A stretch of DNA of 64,000 nt. Source: Clostridia bacterium. GTDB taxonomy: Bacteria > Bacillota > Clostridia > Oscillospirales > QAMX01. Below the pieces are notes generated by a model. It did no database searches and was not told the origin of the DNA. It saw only the letters and a program-made list of their open reading frames with translations. Below are positions 1 to 8,545 of this stretch, piece after piece. A program made the position numbers and the translations under genes. The stretch covers positions 6,613 to 70,612 of the forward strand of contig JAFXIT010000031.1 of the NCBI GenBank assembly GCA_017532825.1, in the 5' to 3' direction. Each line of letters begins with the position of its first letter. Within the stretch, counting starts at the first letter, position 1.

Positions 1-1451
1 CAGTCTGCTGCTCGGACGCCGAAATGTCGGAGGGTGAGCCAAAGGGCGACCCCACCGAGTGCGCCATCGTCGCCTACGCCGCCAAAAAGGGTATCACACC
101 CCTGCGTATCGGCGGCAGACGTATCGCCGAAAACCCCTTCGATTCCGAAAGGAAGCGGATGTCGGTCATATATCAGACCAAAAGCTACACCCGAGCCTGC
201 ATAAAGGGTGCACCCGAGAGGGTCATACCCATCTGTAAGGACCCCGACCCCGTCATTGCCGCCGCAGCGGCAAGGCTCTCCCGTGAGGGACTGCGGGTGC
301 TTGCCGTGGCGGTCAGCGACTGCAGTGATATTTCGAGGGCGGAGAGGGATGCAAAGCTGCTTGGGCTTATCGCCATGTCCGACCCTCCCCGTCCCGAGGC
401 GATGACGGCGGTCGCAGAATGCCGCAGGGCGGGCATCCGCCCCGTGATGATAACGGGAGACAGCCCCGAGACCGCCCTTGCCATCGCCTCCAAGCTCGGT
501 ATCGCCAAGGCGGGAGACACCGTCCTCACCGGTGGAGACCTCGATGCCCTCACCCCCGAAAGACTCTCGGCAAAAATATCGCAGGTGTCGGTCTTTGCCC
601 GTGTCTCGCCAGGGCATAAGCTTGCAATAGTGCGTGCCTTTAAGGAGCGGGGCGAGGTCGTTGCCATGACGGGTGACGGCGTAAACGACGCCCCCGCCAT
701 CAAGGAGGCCGACATCGGCGTTGCCATGGGCAAGGGCGGCACCGAGGTGGCACGTGAGGCCGCCGACGCCGTACTGACCGACGACAACTTCGCCTCCATC
801 GTCAAGGCGGTCAGCCTCGGGCGGACGATATACGACAACATCCGTAAGTTTATCCGCTATATGCTCTCCTCCAACCTCGGCGAGGTGGTCACGATGTTTG
901 CCGCCATACTCTTTCTGCTCCCCCTTCCCCTCGCCCCGACACACATCCTCCTTGTAAACCTCGTCACCGACGGCCTCCCCGCCGTCGCCCTCAGCCTCGA
1001 CCCGCCCGACCCCGACGTTATGCGCCGCCGCCCAAGGGGTAAAAACGAGGACATCTTTTCCCACGGTCTGGGGCTTAAGATATTTATCCGAGGCCTGCTT
1101 ATCGGCGGCTCGACCCTCGGCGTGTTTTGGTACGGGCTTAAAAGCTCCTCCCTTGAGGCATCCCAAACCGCCGCATTTATCACCCTTGCCTTAAGTCAGC
1201 TCATCTTCGTATTCGAATGCCGAAGCGGCAGGGGCGGTATCCTTTCAAAAGGGGTCTTTCGCAACCTCTGGCTTGACCTCGCCGTCGCCGTCTCGGCGGG
1301 TATTATGGCTGCGGTGGTGTTTATAAGGCCGCTTGCTCGGATATTCGGCTTTGTCCCCCTCCAAGGCGGACTTCTCGCCCTCGCCGCCGCCGTCTCGCTC
1401 GGCTCGGCAGTTCTTGGCTCACTCATCTCGCTGATAGGAAAAAGAGGATAA
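1..1451 (+). CDS. P-type cation-transporting ATPase (P2/Ca2+-type), C-terminal ~475 aa; 5' end outside window
   Basis: Frame is open from the window edge to TAA 1449-1451. Hinge motif MTGDGVNDAPAIKEADIGVAMG plus C-terminal hydrophobic helices are typical of P2 ATPases. Confidence 0.9.
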   Translation, partial: VCCSDAEMSEGEPKGDPTECAIVAYAAKKGITPLRIGGRRIAENPFDSERKRMSVIYQTKSYTRACIKGAPERVIPICKDPDPVIAAAAARLSREGLRVLAVAVSDCSDISRAERDAKLLGLIAMSDPPRPEAMTAVAECRRAGIRPVMITGDSPETALAIASKLGIAKAGDTVLTGGDLDALTPERLSAKISQVSVFARVSPGHKLAIVRAFKERGEVVAMTGDGVNDAPAIKEADIGVAMGKGGTEVAREAADAVLTDDNFASIVKAVSLGRTIYDNIRKFIRYMLSSNLGEVVTMFAAILFLLPLPLAPTHILLVNLVTDGLPAVALSLDPPDPDVMRRRPRGKNEDIFSHGLGLKIFIRGLLIGGSTLGVFWYGLKSSSLEASQTAAFITLALSQLIFVFECRSGRGGILSKGVFRNLWLDLAVAVSAGIMAAVVFIRPLARIFGFVPLQGGLLALAAAVSLGSAVLGSLISLIGKRG

Positions 1452-1454
1452 AGA

Positions 1455-1487
1455 TCGGCGCACCTGCCTTTGTTGCAGGTGCGCCGA
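1455..1487 (+). terminator. 13-bp GC-rich hairpin after the ATPase gene
   Basis: TCGGCGCACCTGC-ctttgtt-GCAGGTGCGCCGA. The U-run starts only 9 nt later, so the call is tentative. Confidence 0.5.
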
Positions 1488-1488
1488 C

Positions 1489-1557
1489 AGTGATATTTTT
1501 GCCGTGCAAAAGTGATATTGCCTGCGGCAGTGATATGCTGACCTTGTCAGCGTGATA
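1489..1557. repeat. Four direct AGTGATAT-type boxes (three exact, one degenerate CGTGATAA)
   Basis: Exact copies start at 1489, 1511 and 1529; the degenerate copy is near 1551. Spacing is 18-22 bp. Confidence 0.8.
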
Positions 1558-1564
1558 ATTAATA

Positions 1565-1604
1565 GGGGGATTATATCCCCTTAATAATGAGGATTATAAT
1601 CCCC
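1565..1604. promoter_or_regulatory. Two copies of a palindromic GGATTATA(A)TCCCC box; putative operator/promoter of the HTH gene
   Basis: GGGGGATTATATCCCC at 1565-1580 and GAGGATTATAATCCCC at 1589-1604. The second contains TATAAT (1595-1600), about 40 nt before the ATG. Confidence 0.4.
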
Positions 1605-1639
1605 ATAATAAGAATTGTCAATACAGAGAGGTGGAAAAA

Positions 1640-1840
1640 ATGATAGTTTACGACAGGCTCTGGCGGATGATGGAGCAAAAGGGTATTACCGCCTACCGAC
1701 TCCGTGAGGAATGTAACATCGACCGCAAGACGGTACGAAGGCTCAAGGCCAACGAAAATATCGAGACAAAGACCCTTGACCGCATCTGCAAGGCACTTTC
1801 CTGCAGGGTCGAGGACATAATGGAATATATCGAGGAATAA
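1640..1840 (+). CDS. Small XRE/Cro-like helix-turn-helix DNA-binding protein (66 aa)
   Basis: ATG 1640 lies 5 nt after AGAGGTGG; the ORF-track GTG 1631 overlaps that RBS. GITAYRLREECNIDRKTVRRLKANENIETKTLDRICKAL is a classic HTH_XRE pattern. A terminator follows. Confidence 0.8.
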   Translation: MIVYDRLWRMMEQKGITAYRLREECNIDRKTVRRLKANENIETKTLDRICKALSCRVEDIMEYIEE

Positions 1841-1843
1841 AAA

Positions 1844-1876
1844 GGGACAGAGAACGAGCCGTTCTCTGTCTCTTTT
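1844..1876 (+). terminator. Rho-independent terminator of the HTH gene
   Basis: 12-bp stem GGGACAGAGAAC/GTTCTCTGTCTC, loop gagcc, then TTTT. Confidence 0.8.
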
Positions 1877-1887
1877 GCAAAAGCCGC

Positions 1888-1921
1888 AAAAAAGAGGCAC
1901 CCTCCGCTTGGAGGGTGCCTC
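1888..1921 (-). terminator. Rho-independent terminator of the permease gene (hairpin usable in both directions)
   Basis: GAGGCACCCTCC-gctt-GGAGGGTGCCTC, with A6 on the + side (a U-run on the minus transcript). Confidence 0.8.
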
Positions 1922-1942
1922 GGTTTGTTTTGTCTTGGGGAC

Positions 1943-3370
1943 TTACATCGTGACCAGGAAGAAGCGGAGGGTGAAGAGAACTGCGATAGCGGTGACGACG
2001 ATGTCCTTCTTGGTGTACTTGCCGGTGAGAGCAGTGATGATGACGTAGGAGATAGCGCCGATGGCGATACCGTTGGAGATGGAGTAGGTCAGAGGCATCA
2101 TGATCAGGGCAAGGAAGGCGGGGATGGCTGCGGTGATATCGCTGAGGTCGACCTTGGCGAAGTTCTTAAGCATAAGAACGCCGACGTAGATCAGAGCGGG
2201 AGCGGTAGCGCAGGCGGGAACGATAGCGGCAAGAGGAGTCAGGAACAGGCAGACTGCGAAGCAGATAGCGGTAACGAGCGAAGCAAGACCGGTTCTGCCG
2301 CCGGCGGCGACGCCTGCAGCGGACTCGACGAAGGTGGTGCAGGTGGAGGTTCCGAAGACAGCGCCGGTAACGGTGGCGATGGAGTCGGAAGCCATGGACT
2401 TTTCGATCTCGACGGGGTCGCCGTTGGCGTCAAGCATATTGGCCTGGGAGGCGGTGCCGTAGAGGGTGCCTATGGTGTCGAACATATCGACAAGGCAGAA
2501 GGTGACGATGAGGACCAGGGCGTTGATAATGGCGCTGGCGCCGCCGGAGAAGACGGTGAAGCCCTTAGCAAAGCCGAACAGACCGTACTTGCCGAAATCC
2601 TTGAAGGACTGGCCGATCTTTCCGAAGTCGAACTCGGGGAGGGTCCAGGTGGTGAGGTAGTAGAGAACGGTTACAAGGCCGATGGTGATGATGACGGAGC
2701 CCTTGACCTTCTTCTTGTCGAGGACGCCGATCACGAACAGACCAAGCAGAGCGAGGACGACGGGGGCGATAGCCTTCCAGGCTTCGAAGAATTCCTTACC
2801 GGCAACTGCGCCGTGGAAGTCAAAGAACTGTACGAAGGTGTACATGTTTTCCTGGATGATGTCGACGTTCTTAAAGCCGATGAATGCAATGAACAGACCG
2901 ATACCGGCGGGGATAGCCTTCTTGAGGCAGTCGGGAAGAGCCTTTGCGATGTAGGTTCTGGCGCCGGTGATGGAGAGGATCAGGAAGATTATACCCGACA
3001 GAAGGATAACGGTGAGACCTTCTCTGTATCCGTTCATAGGATTGACCATATTGGGCACGATGAAGGATACGAAGAAGAAGGAGTTCAGACCCATTCCGCA
3101 GGCCTGTGCAAAGGGAAGCTTCGCATAGAAAGCATAGAGCAGGGTACCTACGACTGCTACGAGGATGGATGCAACGTAAACTGCGTTCCAGATCGGAGCA
3201 AATGCGTTACCAAGAAGCGGATCGAAATGCATAAATCCGACGACCTGGTTGGGGTTGGTTACAACGATGTAGGCCATAGCAAAGAAGGTGGTAAGACCTG
3301 CCAGGACCTCGGTCCTTACGTTGGAACCGCGTTCGTTGATCTTGAAAAACTGGTCCAATTTCTTGTTCAT
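1943..3370 (-). CDS. NCS2/AzgA-family purine (adenine/guanine/hypoxanthine) permease
   Basis: 475 aa and polytopic. The N-terminus MNKKLDQFFKINERGSNVRTEVLAGLTTFFAMAYIVVTNP is characteristic of PbuG/AzgA-type permeases. Confidence 0.9.
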   Translation of the reverse strand: MNKKLDQFFKINERGSNVRTEVLAGLTTFFAMAYIVVTNPNQVVGFMHFDPLLGNAFAPIWNAVYVASILVAVVGTLLYAFYAKLPFAQACGMGLNSFFFVSFIVPNMVNPMNGYREGLTVILLSGIIFLILSITGARTYIAKALPDCLKKAIPAGIGLFIAFIGFKNVDIIQENMYTFVQFFDFHGAVAGKEFFEAWKAIAPVVLALLGLFVIGVLDKKKVKGSVIITIGLVTVLYYLTTWTLPEFDFGKIGQSFKDFGKYGLFGFAKGFTVFSGGASAIINALVLIVTFCLVDMFDTIGTLYGTASQANMLDANGDPVEIEKSMASDSIATVTGAVFGTSTCTTFVESAAGVAAGGRTGLASLVTAICFAVCLFLTPLAAIVPACATAPALIYVGVLMLKNFAKVDLSDITAAIPAFLALIMMPLTYSISNGIAIGAISYVIITALTGKYTKKDIVVTAIAVLFTLRFFLVTM

Positions 3371-3409
3371 GGTTTTTCTTTTCTCCTTTTTAGGAAATTC
3401 ATGCTATTA

Positions 3410-3438
3410 AGTATACCATCCCGAGTGACAAAATGCAA
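3410..3438 (-). promoter_or_regulatory. Sigma-70-type promoter of the permease gene
   Basis: On the minus strand: TTGCAT, 17 nt, TATACT. This leaves only a ~45-nt leader before the AAAGGAG RBS. Confidence 0.6.
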
Positions 3439-3516
3439 GGGTAATCGATAATTAATTCACATAAATTTATTAACAGTTTCTTCATTTTCTCCGTCATCTT
3501 GCAAAAACAAACCCCT

Positions 3517-3546
3517 AAAAAAGGGACGAAGCCCTCGCTTCGCCCC
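3517..3546 (-). terminator. Rho-independent terminator after the HAD hydrolase gene
   Basis: On the minus strand: GGGGCGAAGC-gagg-GCTTCGTCCC followed by TTTTTT. Confidence 0.8.
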
Positions 3547-3552
3547 TTCAGA

Positions 3553-4224
3553 TCATATTTTGCGTATCTTTTCGAGCAGCTCGGCGATGGTGGCACAGCG
3601 CCCCTTGACCGCCGCGTGTGCCTCGGGTGCGCTCCTTTCCATTGCAAAGCCGTGGAATGCCTTGAGCATCGGAACGTCGTTTGCGCCGTCGCCGACGGCG
3701 AAGATATCCTCCCTTTTTTCACCCAGAGCATCGGCTATGCGGAGCACTCCGCCTGCCTTGTCGACACCCTTTGGGGGAACGTCGACGGTGTTGTGGTTTA
3801 AAAAGGGGGTAAGGTAGTCTCCCTTTACCCTCAAAACGAAGCTCTCAAACTCTCTTGCCTGCTCGTCGTTTTTAAAGGAGGCCGTAAACTGGTACATGCT
3901 GCCCCTGAGATCCTCCGAAAGGAGGGTGTAGCTGTTGTCCTTCCGCCTTGCCCACTCCTCAAGGGGTGCGGCGTGGCAGATGGGTATCTTTTTCTCCCAG
4001 ACGGGGCGCATCTCTTTGTCAAATATCCGTCCGCCGTTTGCGTATACGTAGTAGTCGGCGGCAAAGCCCCTGGTATGTAAAAATGGGTCGACCTTTCCCC
4101 TGCCCGTCACGACGATAAAAAGGTTGCCCTCGGTCTGCCAACGGGTTATGGCCTCGGCGTCCTCCGCCGATACGACGTGGTCACGGCATATCGTGCCGTC
4201 AAAATCGCTTGCTACAAGCCTCAC
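3553..4224 (-). CDS. Cof-type HAD-IIB family hydrolase (sugar-phosphate phosphatase-like)
   Basis: N-terminal DFDGT nucleophile motif (MRLVASDFDGTI) and C-terminal GDGANDVPML motif. Confidence 0.85.
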   Translation of the reverse strand: MRLVASDFDGTICRDHVVSAEDAEAITRWQTEGNLFIVVTGRGKVDPFLHTRGFAADYYVYANGGRIFDKEMRPVWEKKIPICHAAPLEEWARRKDNSYTLLSEDLRGSMYQFTASFKNDEQAREFESFVLRVKGDYLTPFLNHNTVDVPPKGVDKAGGVLRIADALGEKREDIFAVGDGANDVPMLKAFHGFAMERSAPEAHAAVKGRCATIAELLEKIRKI

Positions 4225-4826
4225 AGCTCCCGTCTCCCTTCAATGGCCCTCATAAGGGTGACTACGTCGGCAAACTCAAGGTGTGCGCCGACGGGTACGC
4301 CGTAGGCAAGGCGGCTGACCTTGACCCCAAGCGGCTTCAAAAGCCCCGAAATATATACCGCCGTGGTCTCGCCGGTGGTGTCGGGGTCGGTGGCAAGGAT
4401 GACCTCCTTTATCTCGCCCTGTCCCACACGTGTGACAAGCTCACGGATGCATATCTCGTCGGGACCGGTGTGCTCAAGGGGGGAGATGACACCGTGAAGG
4501 ACGTGGTAGAGCCCCTTATACTCCTTTGCACGCTCTATTGCGGCAACGTCGGAGGGCTCGGCCACTACGCAGACCGTCGAGCGGTCACGGCTGAGATCGC
4601 CGCAGACTTTGCATACGGGTGTGTCGGTGAGGTTTTGGCAGACCTCACAGCGAAAGACCTTTTCCTTGGCCTTGAGTATGGCGTCGGCAAAGCCCTCGGC
4701 GTCCTCCTTGGACATCGACAGCAGGAAAAAGGCCATTCTCACGGCCGATTTTCTGCCGATGCCGGGCAGTCTCTGAAAATACTCCACCAGCCGCTCAACG
4801 GGCGGTGCAAACTGGGAGTCTATCAT
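4221..4826 (-). CDS. recR: Recombination protein RecR
   Basis: LVEYFQRLPGIGRKSAVRMAFFLL HhH motif, a C4 zinc finger (CEVC..CKVC) and a Toprim region. Lies downstream of ybaB as usual. Confidence 0.95.
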   Translation of the reverse strand: MIDSQFAPPVERLVEYFQRLPGIGRKSAVRMAFFLLSMSKEDAEGFADAILKAKEKVFRCEVCQNLTDTPVCKVCGDLSRDRSTVCVVAEPSDVAAIERAKEYKGLYHVLHGVISPLEHTGPDEICIRELVTRVGQGEIKEVILATDPDTTGETTAVYISGLLKPLGVKVSRLAYGVPVGAHLEFADVVTLMRAIEGRREL

Positions 4827-5176
4827 TACAGCATTCCGCCCATACCGCCGGTAAGACGGTTCATCTCGGCCTCGGCGTCGGCCGCGGCGGCACGGAGTGC
4901 CTGGTTGACGGCGACGGTGACAAGGTCGCTGAGCATCTCGACGTCCTCGGGATCGACTATCTCGGGGGAGAGCTCGAGGGAGAGGAGCTCGTTTGAGCCG
5001 TTGACGGTGGCCTTGACGGCACCGCCGCCGCTCTCTGCGGAGTACTCTCTTGCCTTAAGCTCTTCCTTTTTGTCGGCAATGTCCTGCTGCATCTTCTGTG
5101 CCTGGCGCATAAGGGCGTTCATGTTCATTCCGCCCATACCGCCGCCCATGGGTCTTCCACCGAATTTGTTAGCCAT
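4826..5176 (-). CDS. YbaB/EbfC family nucleoid-associated protein
   Basis: 116 aa. MNMNALMRQAQKMQQDI...GGGAVKATVNGSNELLSLELSPEIVDPED matches the family. Position is between dnaX and recR. Confidence 0.95.
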   Translation of the reverse strand: MANKFGGRPMGGGMGGMNMNALMRQAQKMQQDIADKKEELKAREYSAESGGGAVKATVNGSNELLSLELSPEIVDPEDVEMLSDLVTVAVNQALRAAAADAEAEMNRLTGGMGGML

Positions 5177-5186
5177 AGTAATTCTC

Positions 5187-6779
5187 CTATCTTATCTCGC
5201 CGATCTCGGGGTTATCCTGGGCAAACTGCAAAAGAGCGTCCAGTCCGGCGTCGTCGTTGGTTTCTTTCTTGGGTGCGGCAAGCTCTACACCCGCCCGTAT
5301 GGGCTGACCTGCGACCGAGGAGGCTGCCTCGGAGAGCTTGTTTAGAAGTATCGGCCGTCCGATAAAGTCGCCTGCCGCAGGGTCGGGCGCCGATATGATA
5401 AGGCGGTTCCCCTCGAGGGAGAATTCGCACATCTTAAGATATGCAAGCTCACCCATGAGAAGCCTGTCCCGCAGTATCGCAAAGAGGTCGTTTCTGAAGG
5501 TGGAGCTGACCGCCCTTTTCTCGCCTTGAGGTGGTGGGGGCGGACTCTGCTGGGGACGTGGCTCGGGCTTTTTGGCAGGTACTGCCGTCTGCTCCGTCTT
5601 TTTTTCCGACGGAGGTGATGCGGCGGCTATGCTCACACCCGAGGCTACCGCCTTTTCAAGCTCCTCAAGCCTTGCCGCAAGTGCGGCAAAGTCGCCACCC
5701 AGAGCGGGGTTGCAAAGGGAGACCAGGCAGACCTCAAGCTCGGTGCGGCGGTTGGGGCTTTTCAGGAGGTTGCGGCAGCAGTTTTGGAGGGTGCGTACCG
5801 AATATAACAGCCGTGCCTGGGTGAAACGGTTGAGAAGGGGGATGATATCGTCCTTGGAATAGCCCGCACCCGTCAGCTCGGCATCGGGGGAGTAGGAAAG
5901 CATCAGAAGGTCACGCATAAGCCCAAGCAGTCTTTCTCCAAAGCCTGCGGGGTCTGCCCCTGCGGCGTACCGACGGGCAAACTCCGAGCAGATGCCTGCA
6001 GTGTCGCCCGAGGCGATAAGCTCGGCGGCGGCGACCAGCGGTGCGGTCGAGACAAGCCCCAGTATGTTTTCCACGTTTTCGCCGTTTAGCTCGGCCTCGG
6101 CTCTGCCTGCCGCCTGCTCAAGCAGGCTTAAGGCGTTTCGCATGGCACCGTCTGCCATCTGTGCGATAAGGCTCGCACCCGAGGACTCAAGGGGGATGCC
6201 CTCACGCTCGGCGATCTCCATAAGTCGCTCGGCGATATCCTCCGCAGGAATGCGGCGGAAGTCAAAGCGCTGACAGCGTGAAAGTATGGTTGCGGGTATC
6301 TTTGAAAGCTCGGTCGTCGCCAGCACGAACATAACGTGGGAGGGCGGCTCCTCGAGTATCTTTAAAAAGGCGTTGAAGGCGCTCTCGGAGAGCATGTGGA
6401 CCTCGTCTATGACGTAGACCCTCTTTTTGAGGCTGGAGGGGGAGTATACCGCCTCCTCACGGAGCTCTCGGATGTTGGAAACGCCGGTGTAGGTGGCGGC
6501 GTCGAGCTCGATGACGTCGGTCGACGAGCCGTCGTTTATCTCCCTGCAGGCCTCACACTCGTTGCAGGGGTCGCCGTTTATGGGGTGGAGACAGTTTGCA
6601 GCCTTGGCAAGGATACGGGCGCAGGTGGTCTTGCCCGTGCCTCGTGTGCCGCAGAAGAGGTAGGCGTGGGAAAGCCTGCCCGAGGCCGACTGGTTTTTGA
6701 GGGTGCGGGTGATGCGCTCCTGCCCCACTACGTCGGCAAAGCAGGACGGTCTGTATTTTCTGTAAAGCGCCTGGTACAT
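5187..6779 (-). CDS. dnaX: DNA polymerase III subunit gamma/tau
   Basis: MYQALYRKYRPSCFADVVGQE, a P-loop GTRGTGKTT, a Cys-rich Zn module and a Pro-rich linker. Confidence 0.95.
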   Translation of the reverse strand: MYQALYRKYRPSCFADVVGQERITRTLKNQSASGRLSHAYLFCGTRGTGKTTCARILAKAANCLHPINGDPCNECEACREINDGSSTDVIELDAATYTGVSNIRELREEAVYSPSSLKKRVYVIDEVHMLSESAFNAFLKILEEPPSHVMFVLATTELSKIPATILSRCQRFDFRRIPAEDIAERLMEIAEREGIPLESSGASLIAQMADGAMRNALSLLEQAAGRAEAELNGENVENILGLVSTAPLVAAAELIASGDTAGICSEFARRYAAGADPAGFGERLLGLMRDLLMLSYSPDAELTGAGYSKDDIIPLLNRFTQARLLYSVRTLQNCCRNLLKSPNRRTELEVCLVSLCNPALGGDFAALAARLEELEKAVASGVSIAAASPPSEKKTEQTAVPAKKPEPRPQQSPPPPPQGEKRAVSSTFRNDLFAILRDRLLMGELAYLKMCEFSLEGNRLIISAPDPAAGDFIGRPILLNKLSEAASSVAGQPIRAGVELAAPKKETNDDAGLDALLQFAQDNPEIGEIR

Positions 6780-7001
6780 CTCTTTCCCTCCCCGAAAATG
6801 AATCTTTAAGCGTTAAAGGTAATTTAACAGTTAGATATAATTCGTTTCTTCGGGGGGTTCACCTCCGAAGAAACACCTCTGAAACGAGCGAAGCGAGTCC
6901 ACGCACCGAGGGGAGAGCGCAAAAACTTCGTTTTTGTGCTCGGCGATAAGTGCGTGCAATTATTATATGTAAGGCGTTAGCGTTACATATAATAAATAAA
7001 A

Positions 7002-7150
7002 GTTGGGCGGTGTTGTGCAACCCTGCGATCCCGGCTTGCTGCGGCACGCGGCGGACACCGCTTAATGCTGCTCGGTTCCCCGCCTGACATGGTTCACAGG
7101 CCGACGCTGCGCAGGACCGAAGACCGCAGGGCTGCACAATACCGCCCATC
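7002..7150 (-). ncRNA. ffs: Signal recognition particle RNA (short, 4.5S-like, ~150 nt)
   Basis: The minus strand carries the helix-8 core GUGAACCAUGUCAGGCGG-GGAA-CCGAGCAGCAUUAAG. Long closing helix: GGGCGGUAUUGUGCAGCCCUGCGG with CCGCAGGGUUGCACAACACCGCCC. Canonical position upstream of dnaX, and a U-rich tail follows. Confidence 0.85.
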
Positions 7151-7156
7151 CTCATT

Positions 7157-7185
7157 ATTATACCACGCCCGTGCGTAAAATGCAA
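7157..7185 (-). promoter_or_regulatory. Promoter of the SRP RNA
   Basis: On the minus strand: TTGCAT, 17 nt, TATAAT. The -10 ends about 7 nt before the first base of the closing helix. Confidence 0.7.
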
Positions 7186-7222
7186 CGCCCCTGCCGAAAA
7201 ATTCGGACGTAACGGGGACGGA

Positions 7223-7251
7223 TTGACATTTTTTCGCAAAAGTGTTATCAT
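7223..7251 (+). promoter_or_regulatory. Promoter of the 7325 gene (divergent from ffs)
   Basis: TTGACA, 17 nt, TATCAT. Confidence 0.6.
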
Positions 7252-7324
7252 ACGGGCGCATAAAAGCAAAGCCGTGGATGAGGGAAGCAGCACCCAACAG
7301 ACCCAAACAAACGGAGGACAGACT

Positions 7325-8500
7325 ATGTCGGATAATTATTTCTTTAACGGATATATCTCCGAGCAGGTATTGAGACGCTATCTCAGCCGCTCCATAAGCT
7401 ATCCCATCTACGATGCGGGAAAGAAGGCAGAGGACGAGGTTGCGACCATTTTCGCCCTCGGCGCAAAGTATATTGCACGTGCGGTCATGGTCTGGTACGC
7501 AGGCGGCTTTGAGCTCGGCCGTGCCGAGGACTATAAGCAGCAGATAGCCAAAGCCCACGAGGCCGACCCCGACATAGTGTTTGAGGCCTGTCTGTTCGAA
7601 ACGACCTCCAAGGCCGTAGAGGAGATACCCATCCCCGAATACGTCTTTCGTGCGTTCGGGCTTGAGCCAGAGGAAAGATGCTTCTCCTATGAGGCGATGC
7701 TCTATCCCGACGGAAGATACGTTGACCGTTGGGGCAGGGACGGAAGCGTTCCCGACATGACCCGCCTTGAGACCCAACTGTTTATGTACTGGCACGCCAC
7801 GTTTTATATAGACGCCGGCTTTGAGGGGCTGCATTGGGGGCAGGTCTACCTGATGAGCGAGACCGATACCGATCTGTCCGCATGGACCAAGGTGCTCAAT
7901 ATAGTCAGAGAATACGCCCGTACCCACGCCCGACGGGGCATGGTCCTCAACAACTCCCACACCCACGGTCAGATCGGCTCGGACGGCAGGCTGCTGTTTG
8001 ACTTCCACGCCTGGCCGGTGCGTATGGTGACGCCGAAGGACGCATACCCCCACGCTCCGACCAAGCAGGATCCGCAGTGGGTCGAGATAGGCGTCGGGAT
8101 CCGTGATTCGATCTACCGAAAAAGCCTCGGCGGAAAGACCCACAGCGGCTGGAGCTGTGACAGTCTGCCCTACGTGGTGGAGCTTGACAACTACGGCGGT
8201 ATGTACAGCCTTGAAAATGCAAACCGTCCGGGCATCGACGACTGGCCCTGGGGGTACGACGAGGTCAGCTGGTTTGCAAATCAGGATGCCTCGTTCAGAC
8301 GTGACTTCATCGACTACGCATATAAGCATATCAGAGAGCTTGACGAAAACGGTTATTTTGAAATGACGGGTGTCCGAGGTGCTACCTATTATTTCCCCGA
8401 CACCGACACCAAGGCCGACTATTGGTACTATCTGACCGATATGGGCGACAGTGCCACCGTAAAAGCGGTCTGGGACAAATACGCCGCCGAGCCTGACTGA
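7325..8500 (+). CDS. Hypothetical cytoplasmic protein (391 aa), possibly glycoside-hydrolase-like; function unknown
   Basis: ATG 7325 follows an ACGGAGGAC RBS; the ORF-track start 7223 lies inside the promoter. No signal peptide. Coding-like composition. No family recognised with certainty. Confidence 0.8.
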   Translation: MSDNYFFNGYISEQVLRRYLSRSISYPIYDAGKKAEDEVATIFALGAKYIARAVMVWYAGGFELGRAEDYKQQIAKAHEADPDIVFEACLFETTSKAVEEIPIPEYVFRAFGLEPEERCFSYEAMLYPDGRYVDRWGRDGSVPDMTRLETQLFMYWHATFYIDAGFEGLHWGQVYLMSETDTDLSAWTKVLNIVREYARTHARRGMVLNNSHTHGQIGSDGRLLFDFHAWPVRMVTPKDAYPHAPTKQDPQWVEIGVGIRDSIYRKSLGGKTHSGWSCDSLPYVVELDNYGGMYSLENANRPGIDDWPWGYDEVSWFANQDASFRRDFIDYAYKHIRELDENGYFEMTGVRGATYYFPDTDTKADYWYYLTDMGDSATVKAVWDKYAAEPD

Positions 8501-8545
8501 TGCGGCACAGATATGCCGCATATTGCACCTGTATCCGTAAAATAG

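Noticed and set aside
3371-3516. Possible purine riboswitch upstream of the NCS2 purine permease gene
   Set aside because: The minus-strand upstream sequence lacks the conserved purine-riboswitch core (no UAUAAUCGCG..GUUUCUACC..CCGUAAAU-like segments). A TTGCAT-17-TATACT promoter at 3410-3438 leaves only a ~45-nt leader, which is too short for an aptamer.
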